The notes beneath the pieces were generated by a model, which worked only from the letters and a program-made list of their open reading frames with translations, searched no databases and was not told where the DNA came from. A DNA stretch of 64,000 bases from Actinomycetota bacterium. Its GTDB lineage: Bacteria; Actinomycetota; CADDZG01; JAHWKV01. The position numbers were made by a program, and so were the translations under genes. The stretch spans positions 263,998-327,997 of the forward strand of contig JAUJPC010000001.1 of the NCBI GenBank assembly GCA_030447305.1, written 5' to 3'. Below, in pieces: positions 26,739-35,954 of the stretch. How positions within the stretch are numbered: the first letter of the stretch is position 1; the number at the start of each line of letters is the position of its first letter.

Positions 26739-27356
26739 ATGGCAGTTGCTGACACGGGCGTCCGGCGCTACACCTACGCCGACCTGGCGACCTTCCCCGA
26801 CGACCGGCTACGTCGCGAGATCATCGATGGGGAGCTGATCGTGACGCCGTCGCCCGTCGTCAGGCACCAGATGGCGTCGGCCAACATCCATCATCGGCTC
26901 ATCCTGTTCGCCAAGAGCCGTGGCGGCCTGGCTCTGGCGGCGCCGATGGATATAGTCCTCTCGGACGACAACGTGGTGGAACCCGACCTGCTGTATGTGA
27001 GGGCCGATCACGCCGACCGCATCGGCACCAAGTACATAAAAGGAGTCCCGGATCTGGTGGTGGAGATCTCCTCCCCCTCCACCCGCCGGCTGGACCTCGT
27101 CCGCAAGCGTGAGCTTTACCAACGCTACCGGGTGCCCGAGTACTGGTACGTGGACCTGGATGCCGATCGGGTGGAGATCTACGTCCTGTCCAATGAGGCC
27201 TACCCGGCGCCTCAGATCCTCTATTCGGGGCAGAAACTGGAGTCGTCGCAGCTGGCCGGCTTCACCATGGCGGTGGACGAAGCGCTGGCCCCCGACCCGC
27301 CGGCGGATGCCGGCGCCAAGCAACCGACCCCGACGATGCCCCACCGGCCTGACTGA
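26739..27356 (+). CDS. Uma2 family (DUF820) restriction-endonuclease-like protein
   Basis: It carries the same conserved blocks as the 10060 copy (YTYADLATFPDD..REIIDGEL; DLVVEISSPSTRR.D...K..LY....VPEYWYVD). Confidence 0.85.
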   Translation: MAVADTGVRRYTYADLATFPDDRLRREIIDGELIVTPSPVVRHQMASANIHHRLILFAKSRGGLALAAPMDIVLSDDNVVEPDLLYVRADHADRIGTKYIKGVPDLVVEISSPSTRRLDLVRKRELYQRYRVPEYWYVDLDADRVEIYVLSNEAYPAPQILYSGQKLESSQLAGFTMAVDEALAPDPPADAGAKQPTPTMPHRPD

Positions 27357-27410
27357 ATTGCCGCCGGTTAATTCCCCGTCGAGGCTTGTTCCGCTCTGAT
27401 AATTGGCGTC

Positions 27411-28847
27411 ATGCCCTCCGAGAAGATCCGCCTGCGCATCGGCAACCTGGGGAAGGCTGTTCTCATTACCGGCCAGGCCTACCAGGATCCCAAGGACGCC
27501 CTGAACGAGTTCGTCTCCAACGCCGCCGACGAGTACGGGGAGGCGGGCTTGAGGGGCGAGGCATCCGGGTGGTGCTGCGCCGGCGGGGTCGTTACCCCGT
27601 AATTGCGGTCGATGACAGCGGCCGGGGCATGGACCCCGCTCGCCTGCGGCTGCTGGCCCGCAGCCTGTTCGAGTCGAGCAAGGTCGATGACCCCCGCACC
27701 CTCGGGGAGAAGGGGATCGGGGTCCTGGCCTTCCAGCAGCTCGGCGGGCGTTGCGAGATCGTGAGCCGGACCGCCGATTCGCCCGTCAGTCACCTGCTGC
27801 GCCTACAGCGAGGCAAGCCCAGTGCTGAGCTGGCCCACGCTCCCCGCCACCGGGCCCGTACCGAGCCGGGCACCACCGTCTATCTGTCGGACCTGGACCC
27901 GGACGTCCTGCGGGTGCTGACCCAGCGCAAGGTGGTCGACTACCTGCGCCGCCGGCGGGGTGCTGCGCTGGCATCCGGCGAGTACTCGATTGAGGTCATC
28001 GAGGGACGCCATGGCGAGCTGGTCACCGCAGAGGAGCCCGAAGGCGTCCGCCTCAAGATCCCACCTCACCCGACACTGTGGGGCCGCATCGAGTTCGACA
28101 TCTACGTCAGTCCCCGGCCGGCGAGCGATCCTGCGGGACCGCGATGCCTTTCCGATCTTCGTCGACGCCGTGCGCTCGATAGAGCCGGCGGTGGTGAGGA
28201 CCCTCGAGCGAGTGGCCAGCGAGGTGGACGAGGCCACCGTGGACCGGCTGGCCGACACCGTGCGGCGGATCTTCGGCCGGGTGCTCAAAGAGCTTGCCGA
28301 CCTTGACAACCCGATGCGGACCCTCACCGGAACCGAGGAGGGTCAGGGCGCCTTGCTGGTGGCGGAAGCATCCCCGCCCGGCGCCCGGCAAGCCGGCGGC
28401 GAGCCCTGGGGAGATCTTGAGGAGCCCCCGGCCATGGCGGACCTGCTGCCGGAGCCGGAGGTCGAGAACCCAGAGGATCCGCCCACGCCCTCGGCCCGTC
28501 CGGGCGGCGGGGGATCGCAGTGGCTGCCCACCGTGCTTCCCGACCCGTCGCCGGACGGCGTCCGCAGCCGGTTCGATCCCGACCAGGGCATCGTCTTCTA
28601 CAACGAGAACCACCCCGACTACCTGAAGGTGAAGGACTCGGACCAGGAGCTGGTCGACTACCTGTCCACCCTGGTGGCCAAAGAATACGTGGTCTACAAC
28701 AACCCCCGGGCCGAACCCAACGATCTGGCCGAGGAGATGGTCCGATGGTGGTCCGGGTGCGCCGCCACCTGCCAAAGCGGATGTAGCTATTCAGGAAGGT
28801 TGGGCCGCGCTCATTTCGGGGCGAGGGAGCCACTCACCAGGATTTGA
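27411..28847 (+). pseudogene. GHKL/HATPase_c_3 (MORC-like) ATPase, split over three frames
   Basis: The N-box (ALNEFVSNAADE) lies in ORF 27411..27602 and the G1 box (VIAVDDSGRGMD) and SSK motif in ORF 27386..28306. The C-terminal continuation is in ORF 27960..28847. There are two frame switches. Confidence 0.5.
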
Positions 28848-28864
28848 CTGATGGGCAGCCGTCC

Positions 28865-29302
28865 TCAGGCCAGGAGCAGCAGATCCAGGCCGTCGAACTG
28901 GTGGAATGCGGAGTCGGTGGTGATCATTGTGAAGCCGCCAGCAACTGCGTATGCAGCCAGGTAGGCGTCCATCCACAGCTTGGGGGAGGCGGAGTCCCGG
29001 CGGGCGAAACCACTCCAAATCGACTCTAGCTCCGGAGGTTCAGTGCTGTAGTAAGTGATCCGATCATCTTCCAGGAGGGCCTGGTAGGCCTCCCAGGCCT
29101 CGTTGTTGGTGAGGGCGGGGTTGCCATACGGTGCAAGAACGGCGGCGTTGGTGAGCAGGCGGAGGAAGGTTTGCTGGGTGGCACGGCAGAAATGGATGAC
29201 TGCCGGCTCGTCGACGGTCGTCAGCCATTGACGCGCCGCTGGGTGGTGAACATGGCCGGAGAGCGCGAGCGCCAGCCAGACGTTGCCATCACACAGAATC
29301 AA
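28865..29302 (-). CDS. PIN-domain toxin (VapC-like)
   Basis: The N-terminus MILCDGNVWLAL and the conserved acidic residues are present. It is translationally coupled to the upstream small antitoxin. Confidence 0.75.
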   Translation of the reverse strand: MILCDGNVWLALALSGHVHHPAARQWLTTVDEPAVIHFCRATQQTFLRLLTNAAVLAPYGNPALTNNEAWEAYQALLEDDRITYYSTEPPELESIWSGFARRDSASPKLWMDAYLAAYAVAGGFTMITTDSAFHQFDGLDLLLLA

Positions 29303-29574
29303 TGTTCGGAGGCAGAGATGGTTCCCGCTTCCTCAGCGAGCAGAATCGTAGCGACCCGGTCCGGGGTGATCTCATCGTCCGGGTGCGCTTCGTGCGCACA
29401 CTCGACGAGGGGCAGCCGGACCCGTTGCCTAACCCGCTTCCTAGCAACATCGTCTTTGGCCAAGCCTCGCTTGAGTGCGTCGGCCACGACATCTTTGATA
29501 CGGCGGTTCTCGTTGACCGCACGGATCTTGATCTCGCGCATCAACTCGTCGGGGAGCTCCAGAGTAGTCTTCAC
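29299..29574 (-). CDS. VapB-type antitoxin
   Basis: MKTTLELPDELMREIKIRAVNENRRIKDVV is a typical RHH/Phd-like N-terminus. Confidence 0.65.
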   Translation of the reverse strand: MKTTLELPDELMREIKIRAVNENRRIKDVVADALKRGLAKDDVARKRVRQRVRLPLVECAHEAHPDDEITPDRVATILLAEEAGTISASEH

Positions 29575-29621
29575 GAGCCCATATTAACAGCAATCTGGTT
29601 TTATGGGTCCCCGAGAGACGG

Positions 29622-30062
29622 TCAGCGCATGGTGGCGGCTACAAGGCATGCTGCGGCTATCGCGAGCAGCCAGGTGCCAAAGAATGTCCATCCCGCCAGG
29701 AACCCCACCCACACGGTGTCCCCGGCGGTCACCGCTGCTGCGAAAGCGATCAAGGTGGAGGGGTCGTTGCGGCGTCGCCAACACACCCACAGGACTCCCA
29801 ACGCGACAACTGCCAGGTGCCACGCGAAGAACAGCCACATTCCCGGCAGCAGATCATGCATGAATTGGTCGACCGGTGGAGAGGCGACCTCGGCTACCGC
29901 ATCGGGGTAAGCGGTGGCATGCACTGCTGATGTCAACAGCAGTATGGCGGCGCCGACAGTTCCGGCGACTTTAGGCCGTGGAGCCATCGGTATCTGCGGA
30001 CGATCCACGCCTTGATCTGCCGTCGGTTCCTTGCCTCCGTGTTTTCTGGATGCGAGCTTCAT
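29622..30062 (-). CDS. hypothetical membrane protein
   Basis: Hydrophobic helices are present. The internal Met MKLASRK was chosen as the start. Confidence 0.45.
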   Translation of the reverse strand: MKLASRKHGGKEPTADQGVDRPQIPMAPRPKVAGTVGAAILLLTSAVHATAYPDAVAEVASPPVDQFMHDLLPGMWLFFAWHLAVVALGVLWVCWRRRNDPSTLIAFAAAVTAGDTVWVGFLAGWTFFGTWLLAIAAACLVAATMR

Positions 30063-31084
30063 TGTCCTACCTCCAATGCTAGATGTGACGGCGCTCGACC
30101 CCGCCGGCTGGACGGGTGGTCGGCCCCGCGGCCGCAGAGGGCGCACTGCCCCCGGGTTCGGTAGTAAAAGGCCAGGGCGGCTAATCCCAGCGTGACTCCC
30201 CAGGCGAAGAACCACGGATACTCAATGAGAAACACCCAGGGCTCCAAGCCAACCTCGTTCTGGGGTGAGGAAGGCTCCGATAGGTTCACCAGGGTGCTCA
30301 CCGTCCCGATGATGCCGACCGGAATAAGCATCATGCTGCCGAGACCAGCCCCCGCAATCGGGATCCACCGGGGTAACCGAGTCCCCCGCGGCCGGGCGAG
30401 CGCCAGGGCAATGCCTGCGCCTACCAGCGCCAGGACCGCGGTATCTCCCAGTCCCGGTGTCCACAAGCGGACGTTGTCCCCGAAAGCATCCTTGCTGGCC
30501 AGCCCCACAGTGCCCCCGAGCCCCCAGTAAACCTTCTCCGCGGCGTAACCGACGGCCAGAGTGAAGGCCGCATAAGCCGCTGTGTTCGAGGTCCAGCCCG
30601 AGCTTCCCTCGGACACCTGTCCGCAGCGCAGGCATCCACCTCGCAGATAACGCCGGTAGGCGATCGCCGAGGAGCCAACCATCACACCGGCTATTCCGGC
30701 CAGTACCCTTACCACGATGCCGGCCGGATCGACCTCCAACCCCACCGCCATGGCCTGACCGGTAAGGGCGGCAACCACGCTCATGATCACTCCAACCACG
30801 TCGAACGCGATGCCATCGGCCGCGATGACAAGCAGGAAGATGGAGGAACCACCAAGGGCGATCTTCACGACTCGGCTTCGGTGAATCCGCCGCGACGCCG
30901 CAACTGAAGCGCCGGCCGCAGCAACTGCAACCAGGGCCGCCCAGTTGGGGAGAACCTGAAACCCGCGGGTCGCCGGCACTTGCACGAGTGATCGAATGAC
31001 TGCAGCGGAGCCGGCGAGAACTAGCAGCGGCACTGCCGTCCGTTGGGCGATCGAAGGATGCGATGGTCGGGAGTCGGGATCCAT
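30059..31084 (-). CDS. hypothetical polytopic membrane protein
   Basis: It has at least 8 predicted hydrophobic segments and a CxxC pair near each end. Confidence 0.5.
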   Translation of the reverse strand: MDPDSRPSHPSIAQRTAVPLLVLAGSAAVIRSLVQVPATRGFQVLPNWAALVAVAAAGASVAASRRIHRSRVVKIALGGSSIFLLVIAADGIAFDVVGVIMSVVAALTGQAMAVGLEVDPAGIVVRVLAGIAGVMVGSSAIAYRRYLRGGCLRCGQVSEGSSGWTSNTAAYAAFTLAVGYAAEKVYWGLGGTVGLASKDAFGDNVRLWTPGLGDTAVLALVGAGIALALARPRGTRLPRWIPIAGAGLGSMMLIPVGIIGTVSTLVNLSEPSSPQNEVGLEPWVFLIEYPWFFAWGVTLGLAALAFYYRTRGQCALCGRGADHPSSRRGRAPSHLALEVGQ

Positions 31085-31174
31085 GGGTTCCTCCACTGTC
31101 TCGAAAGCGTCGGTACAATGATTCGATACGTCCGTTCTAGAATACGGGTTCTATAACACTACCGACGGGACAAC

Positions 31175-31777
31175 TTGTCAAGACCTGCAAAGTTCACTGA
31201 AGACGAAATTCTCGACGCCGCCCTTCGGTTAGCGGCTGAAGGTGGCCCATCGGCAGCAACGATTGGAGCGATCAGCGGCGCCACCGGCGCCCCGGTCGGA
31301 TCGATCTACCATCGCTTCAGCTCTCGCGAGCTATTGCTTGCCCGCCTGTGGATCAGAACGGTTCGCCGGTTCCAGGAAGGCTTCTTGGAAGCTTTACGCG
31401 ACGCCGATCCGAACTCCGCTGCCCTGGGTGCAGCCCGATACGCGGTGACATGGTCCATCGAACACTTCGATCAGGCTCGGATCCTCGCGCTCTACAGGCG
31501 GGAGGACCTGGCTGCGCAGTGGTCGAAAGAGTTGGGTGACGAGCTGGCTGTCCTCAATGTCCAGGTCGAAGCAGCCCTAAAGCTGCATGCCGATCGCCTA
31601 TGGCCCGGAGACAGTGAGGCAATTCAGAGACTTGTCTTTGCCTTGATCGATGTACCCTACGCCGCAGTACGACGTAACCTCGCTTCAGGCCACCCCCCAC
31701 CACCGATAATCGCAGAACTGGTTGAAGATGTATGCAGATTCCTGCTGGCACAGGAGCATGAATCAAGGACCACTTAG
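31175..31777 (+). CDS. TetR family transcriptional regulator
   Basis: The N-terminal HTH reads ILDAALRLAAEGGPSAATIGAISGATGAPVGSIYHRF. Confidence 0.75.
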   Translation: MSRPAKFTEDEILDAALRLAAEGGPSAATIGAISGATGAPVGSIYHRFSSRELLLARLWIRTVRRFQEGFLEALRDADPNSAALGAARYAVTWSIEHFDQARILALYRREDLAAQWSKELGDELAVLNVQVEAALKLHADRLWPGDSEAIQRLVFALIDVPYAAVRRNLASGHPPPPIIAELVEDVCRFLLAQEHESRTT

Positions 31778-32251
31778 TTGAACCAGACGACCGATCCTGC
31801 CTGGGAGGCTTCCTCTCAGCTGCCCACCTCCGTCTTGGAGATCTTGCAGCGCCCGGACGGCAGGGAGATAGCCGTGATTGCCACTGTGGACCCCGACGGC
31901 ATGCCCCGAACTGCAGCGTTTGGAAGTGTAAGAGCCATCTCCCCCCGCCGGATTCGCTTTGCCTGCAACCGGAGCAATCACACGTTCGCCAACCTCAGCC
32001 GTGACGGACGCGTGATGATTGCCCTTTACGCTCCCTCCGATGTGGCGGTTGGTATTCGGGGTAGGGCGCGGATAATCAAAGAAAATCTGGACTCGTTTCC
32101 GACGAATGCGCTGGTTCAGGTGGAGGTGGAGGGTGTGAAGAACGAATTGCTGCCCTCTTTGAGCGTGGTCACCGCCATGACTTACGGAGTTACCGAGGAG
32201 ATCGCCCTCGTGCTCGCCAAAGCAATGGCCGAGCTGCTGGAAACACCGTAG
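31778..32251 (+). CDS. pyridoxamine 5'-phosphate oxidase-like (PPOX class, possibly F420/FMN-binding) split-barrel protein
   Basis: The size and pattern (LEILQ...IAVIATVDPDGMPR) fit this class. It starts 1 nt after the tetR stop. Confidence 0.6.
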   Translation: MNQTTDPAWEASSQLPTSVLEILQRPDGREIAVIATVDPDGMPRTAAFGSVRAISPRRIRFACNRSNHTFANLSRDGRVMIALYAPSDVAVGIRGRARIIKENLDSFPTNALVQVEVEGVKNELLPSLSVVTAMTYGVTEEIALVLAKAMAELLETP

Positions 32252-32262
32252 GAAGAGGGCTC

Positions 32263-32571
32263 CTATCGACTGCCTTCCAAGCCTCCCATCAGGGCTTGCA
32301 GCGAGATGAGCTCGGCCTGGAAGGCGGATCGCCCGGCTTTGGTGAGCGAGACCCAGGTGCGGGGGCGCTTGCCCTCGAACACCTTGTCCAGCTTGACCAA
32401 CCCGGCCTCCTCGAGAACCTGCAGGTGGCGGGAGAGGTTGCCGTCGCTCAGGGTTAGCGTCTCCTTCAGGAAGTTGAAATCGGCCTTCTGCACGTCGGAC
32501 AGAATCGCCAGCATGCCCAGCCGGGTCTTTTGATGCACGACCTCGTCCAGCTTTTGCGTGGGGTGGGTCAT
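32263..32571 (-). CDS. winged-helix transcriptional regulator (ArsR/PadR-like small HTH)
   Basis: KTRLGMLAILS...LTLSDGNLSRHLQVLEEAGLVKLDK is a wHTH pattern. The internal Met was used as the start, overlapping the upstream membrane gene's stop. Confidence 0.6.
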   Translation of the reverse strand: MTHPTQKLDEVVHQKTRLGMLAILSDVQKADFNFLKETLTLSDGNLSRHLQVLEEAGLVKLDKVFEGKRPRTWVSLTKAGRSAFQAELISLQALMGGLEGSR

Positions 32572-33134
32572 CAGACCTGAACCTCCTGGCGCCTGTGCAT
32601 CAGGCCGATGAAGAACGTCACCGCCCCATACATCGCGCTGCCGATGTGACCGGCCGCGTCGGGCGCCCCCGTGAGCCACATACCGATGACCGCTATGGCC
32701 AGGGCCACCGCCGAGACGGAAAGGGCGGTGCTGTGGGCGAGCCTTCCGAACACCAGGTAGCCGGCGGAGATGCACAGAAGCGGTCCCAGCGTCGACACCA
32801 CCGGAAGGTTCAAGGCCGCTCCGCCGAACCCGGTGGCGAAACATCCGACCATTATTCCCAGCGACATCGCGATCCACGGGCCCGGATTGTCGATGACGCC
32901 GAGCTTCGACTCCCGCCGCCAGTAGTAAAGGCCGGTGGCGACCCCGCCCAGGGGGCCGGCGACTGCCCAGAAGATGCCGGCTCTGTCTCCACCCGCCATC
33001 AGGCCGATCACCGCCCCCATGACCATCAGGGCCCCGAACAGCATGCAGGGGAACGAAAAGTGGTTAAGGACCTGGTTGGTGCGGCTGCGGAGCTGTTCTA
33101 TCTCCCGGAGCAGATCTGCCGGATTCTGCTGCAT
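32571..33134 (-). CDS. hypothetical membrane protein co-transcribed with the wHTH regulator
   Basis: Five hydrophobic helices are predicted. Confidence 0.5.
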   Translation of the reverse strand: MQQNPADLLREIEQLRSRTNQVLNHFSFPCMLFGALMVMGAVIGLMAGGDRAGIFWAVAGPLGGVATGLYYWRRESKLGVIDNPGPWIAMSLGIMVGCFATGFGGAALNLPVVSTLGPLLCISAGYLVFGRLAHSTALSVSAVALAIAVIGMWLTGAPDAAGHIGSAMYGAVTFFIGLMHRRQEVQV

Positions 33135-33379
33135 CTCTGACCTCCCTTGCGTGCCCTAACGCTGAATCGCCTTGGGAAAGTACTTTACAGTGCAAAGAAC
33201 TTGAGGTCAAGAAGTGATTGGCCTCGGTTCGGAAAGGACCGGTGGTCACAAGGCCCGCAAAGTAGGGGAGGGCTGCTCGTCAGGGCCCACCAGTGCGTCG
33301 GACGTTGACATAACGAGCAGACGGCTGCGGGTATTGAGCTGTGCACCGCGACACATCCCGGATTAGAGCCTTCTCATAA

Positions 33380-34672
33380 GTGGTTCATGTGACGTTCATC
33401 TTCGGTGCCAATGATCGCCACATGCCTTCATTTGTCGACACCGGCCACGGCCCCGAGGATGTCCCCAGCGCGACCCGGAGCTCGGGCCCCCGCTTCATGC
33501 TGTACTCCCATGACGGAGCCGGCCTCGGGCACATCCGCCGCAACGTGAACATCGCGGCCGCCCTGACCAGTGCTTGTCCGCATGCCTCGGCGTTGATCGT
33601 CACCGGCACCGAGGACCTGAGTCCGTTTGCGATGCCCCGGGCGGTCGATGTGCTTCGGCTCCCCGGTTTACGCAAGGTCAGCAACTCAAGCTACACCGCC
33701 CGCAGGCTGACGATGGAGCCGGAAAGCCTCCGCCGGCTGAGGGCCCGCCTTCTGGAGACCGCGGTCGAGTGCTATCGCCCCGGCGTCCTGCTGGCCGACA
33801 AGCACCCCGGCGGGGTGGGCGGCGAGCTGGTCCCGGCCCTAAGAAAGGTCAAGGCTCAAGGCGGTTTCGGCGCCCTGGGCCTGCGGGATGTCCTCGACAC
33901 GCCGGATCGGGCCCGGAGGGAGTGGAAGGCGAGCGGGGCGATCGGCCTGATCCAGGACCTGCACGATGCGATCCTGATTTACGGCGACGCCGGCCTGCTC
34001 GACCCGCTGGAGGGATGGCCGTTGCCCGCAGCAGTTCGAGACCGGATTCGTTACTGCGGATACGTGGTCACCGAGTTTTCGCCGGTCAGCCGAACACGCC
34101 CCGTCCGAACGCGCCCGTTGGTTGTTGCCACGGTGGGCGGCGGGGAGGACGGATCGGTGGTTCTTCGCACCTTCCTGACCGCTTCCGCGGGAGCACCCTG
34201 GGACGCCCTGGCGGTAACCGGCCCGCAGGCCGACCCGGCCGAGTGCCGGAACCTCGAGCGTCTGGCGGAGACGGCCGGCGCACGGCTGGTGGAGTCGATC
34301 CCCGAGCTCGGCCGAAAGCTTGACCGGGTCGATGCGGTGGTCTGTATGGGCGGCTACAACACGCTCACCGAGGTCCTCGGCGCCGGCATTCCCTCCGTGT
34401 GTGTGCCCCGGGTGGTTCCCCGGCAGGAGCAGCTCATCCGGGCTCGGGCGTTTTGCGAGCGGGGCCTGCTTCGCCTTATCGAGCCGGCGGATCTTCACCC
34501 GAACCGCATGAGAAGCGAGATCGAAAGCGCTCTGGACACCAACCGGGCGGCTCTGGGCGGCCGGGTGCGCGACACCCTGAGCCTCGACGGCGCGGCGCAT
34601 GCCGCCGGCGCTCTTCTGGAGCTGGCCGGCGCCGGCCTCGAAAGCGCCCCGGCAAAGGTGGCGGCTCTGTGA
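33380..34672 (+). CDS. GT1/MGT-type (UDP-glycosyltransferase, GT28-like C-terminal domain) glycosyltransferase
   Basis: The N-terminal GAGLGHI motif and the C-terminal MGGYNTLTE..G.P motif are present. The probable true start is near 33497 (MLYSHDGAG). Confidence 0.75.
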   Translation: MVHVTFIFGANDRHMPSFVDTGHGPEDVPSATRSSGPRFMLYSHDGAGLGHIRRNVNIAAALTSACPHASALIVTGTEDLSPFAMPRAVDVLRLPGLRKVSNSSYTARRLTMEPESLRRLRARLLETAVECYRPGVLLADKHPGGVGGELVPALRKVKAQGGFGALGLRDVLDTPDRARREWKASGAIGLIQDLHDAILIYGDAGLLDPLEGWPLPAAVRDRIRYCGYVVTEFSPVSRTRPVRTRPLVVATVGGGEDGSVVLRTFLTASAGAPWDALAVTGPQADPAECRNLERLAETAGARLVESIPELGRKLDRVDAVVCMGGYNTLTEVLGAGIPSVCVPRVVPRQEQLIRARAFCERGLLRLIEPADLHPNRMRSEIESALDTNRAALGGRVRDTLSLDGAAHAAGALLELAGAGLESAPAKVAAL

Positions 34673-34722
34673 CCGGCGCTTCGCCAGCCACGTGCGACAT
34701 CCTGGTCGAAGGTGCCGGACCC

Positions 34723-35954
34723 ATGACCGGTGCTTCCCCCATGCACATCGGCTACATCCTGAAGCGGTTCCCCCGGATATCGGAGACGTTTGTTGCCGCC
34801 GAGTTGCTCGAGCTGCAAAGACAGGGCCAGCGGGTAACGGTTTTTGCGCTCTCCCGGCCGGAGGAGCCTTTCGCTCACCGGTTCCTGAGCGACCTCAAGA
34901 TGCCCGTCATCTACCTTCCTCACCGCCCGGTGCGACAGCTCGCACGCACGGCGCGGGCGCTGGCGGGTATCGTCGGGTGCACCCCCGGCGGGTGGATCGG
35001 CGCGGCAGCGGCGGCCCTGTCTCCTCCCTCCATCCGGGGCTGGCGGCGCCTCCTGCAGGCCACCGTCCTGGTTGCGGAGATGCGGCGGCTGGGGATCGAC
35101 CATCTGCACGCCCACTTCGCCTCCACCGCCGCCCGCATCGCCTATCTGTCACGACGTATGGGGGGTCCCTCTACAGCGTCACCGCCCACGCCAAGGACAT
35201 CTATCACCAGGAGGTCAACGTCTGCCGGCTGGTGGAGACCCTGGGCGGCGTCGCCAGCTTTGTCGCCACGGTCAGCGAAGCCAATGTGCGGTACCTCGAC
35301 CAGGTGCTGCAGGGCCGCAGCCGGGTCGCCCTGGTACGCAACTCCGTAGACATCCGCCGGTTCGAACGGCCTGATGACCGCGGCACGGAACCCGCGACCG
35401 TGCTTACGGTCGCCCGGTTGGTGGAGAAGAAGGGCATCGACGACCTCATCCGGGCCTGCGGCCTGCTGGTCCGACGGGGGATCGGCGTGCGGTTGGAGCT
35501 GGTGGGGGATGGGCCGCTTCGGGCCGAGCTCACTGCGCTGGCCGCGGCACAGGGGGCCGACGTGCGTTTTCTGGGGGCGCTGGACCAGGAAGAGGTGCGG
35601 AACTGCTACCGGAGGGCCGGGGTGTTCTCACTTCCCTGCGTTATCGCCTCCACCGGCGACCGGGACGGCCTGCCGACCGCGGTGCTGGAGGCGATGGCCT
35701 GCGGCCTTCCGGCGGTTACCACTGCGGTCAACGGACTTGCCGAGGCCTTAATCCACGAACAAACCGGTCTCGTGGTGCCCGAGCGGGACCCCGAAGCCCT
35801 CGCCGGGGCTCTCGGCCGGCTGATCTCAGACCCGGTTTGGGCCGATCGGTTGGGAAGGCAGGCCCGGGAGCACGTCACGCGAAGCTTTTGTCTCGTCGAC
35901 AGCGCAACCCGGCTGAGGAGCCTGTTTGCCGAACACGCAAGGCGTGCCTCATGA
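34723..35954 (+). pseudogene. GT4 family glycosyltransferase interrupted by a frameshift in a G6 run near 35160
   Basis: The N-terminal part is in ORF 34399..35349 and the C-terminal part, with the E...E GT4 motif region (GLPTAVLEAMACGLPAV), in ORF 34599..35954. The junction is atggggggtcc. Confidence 0.65.
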
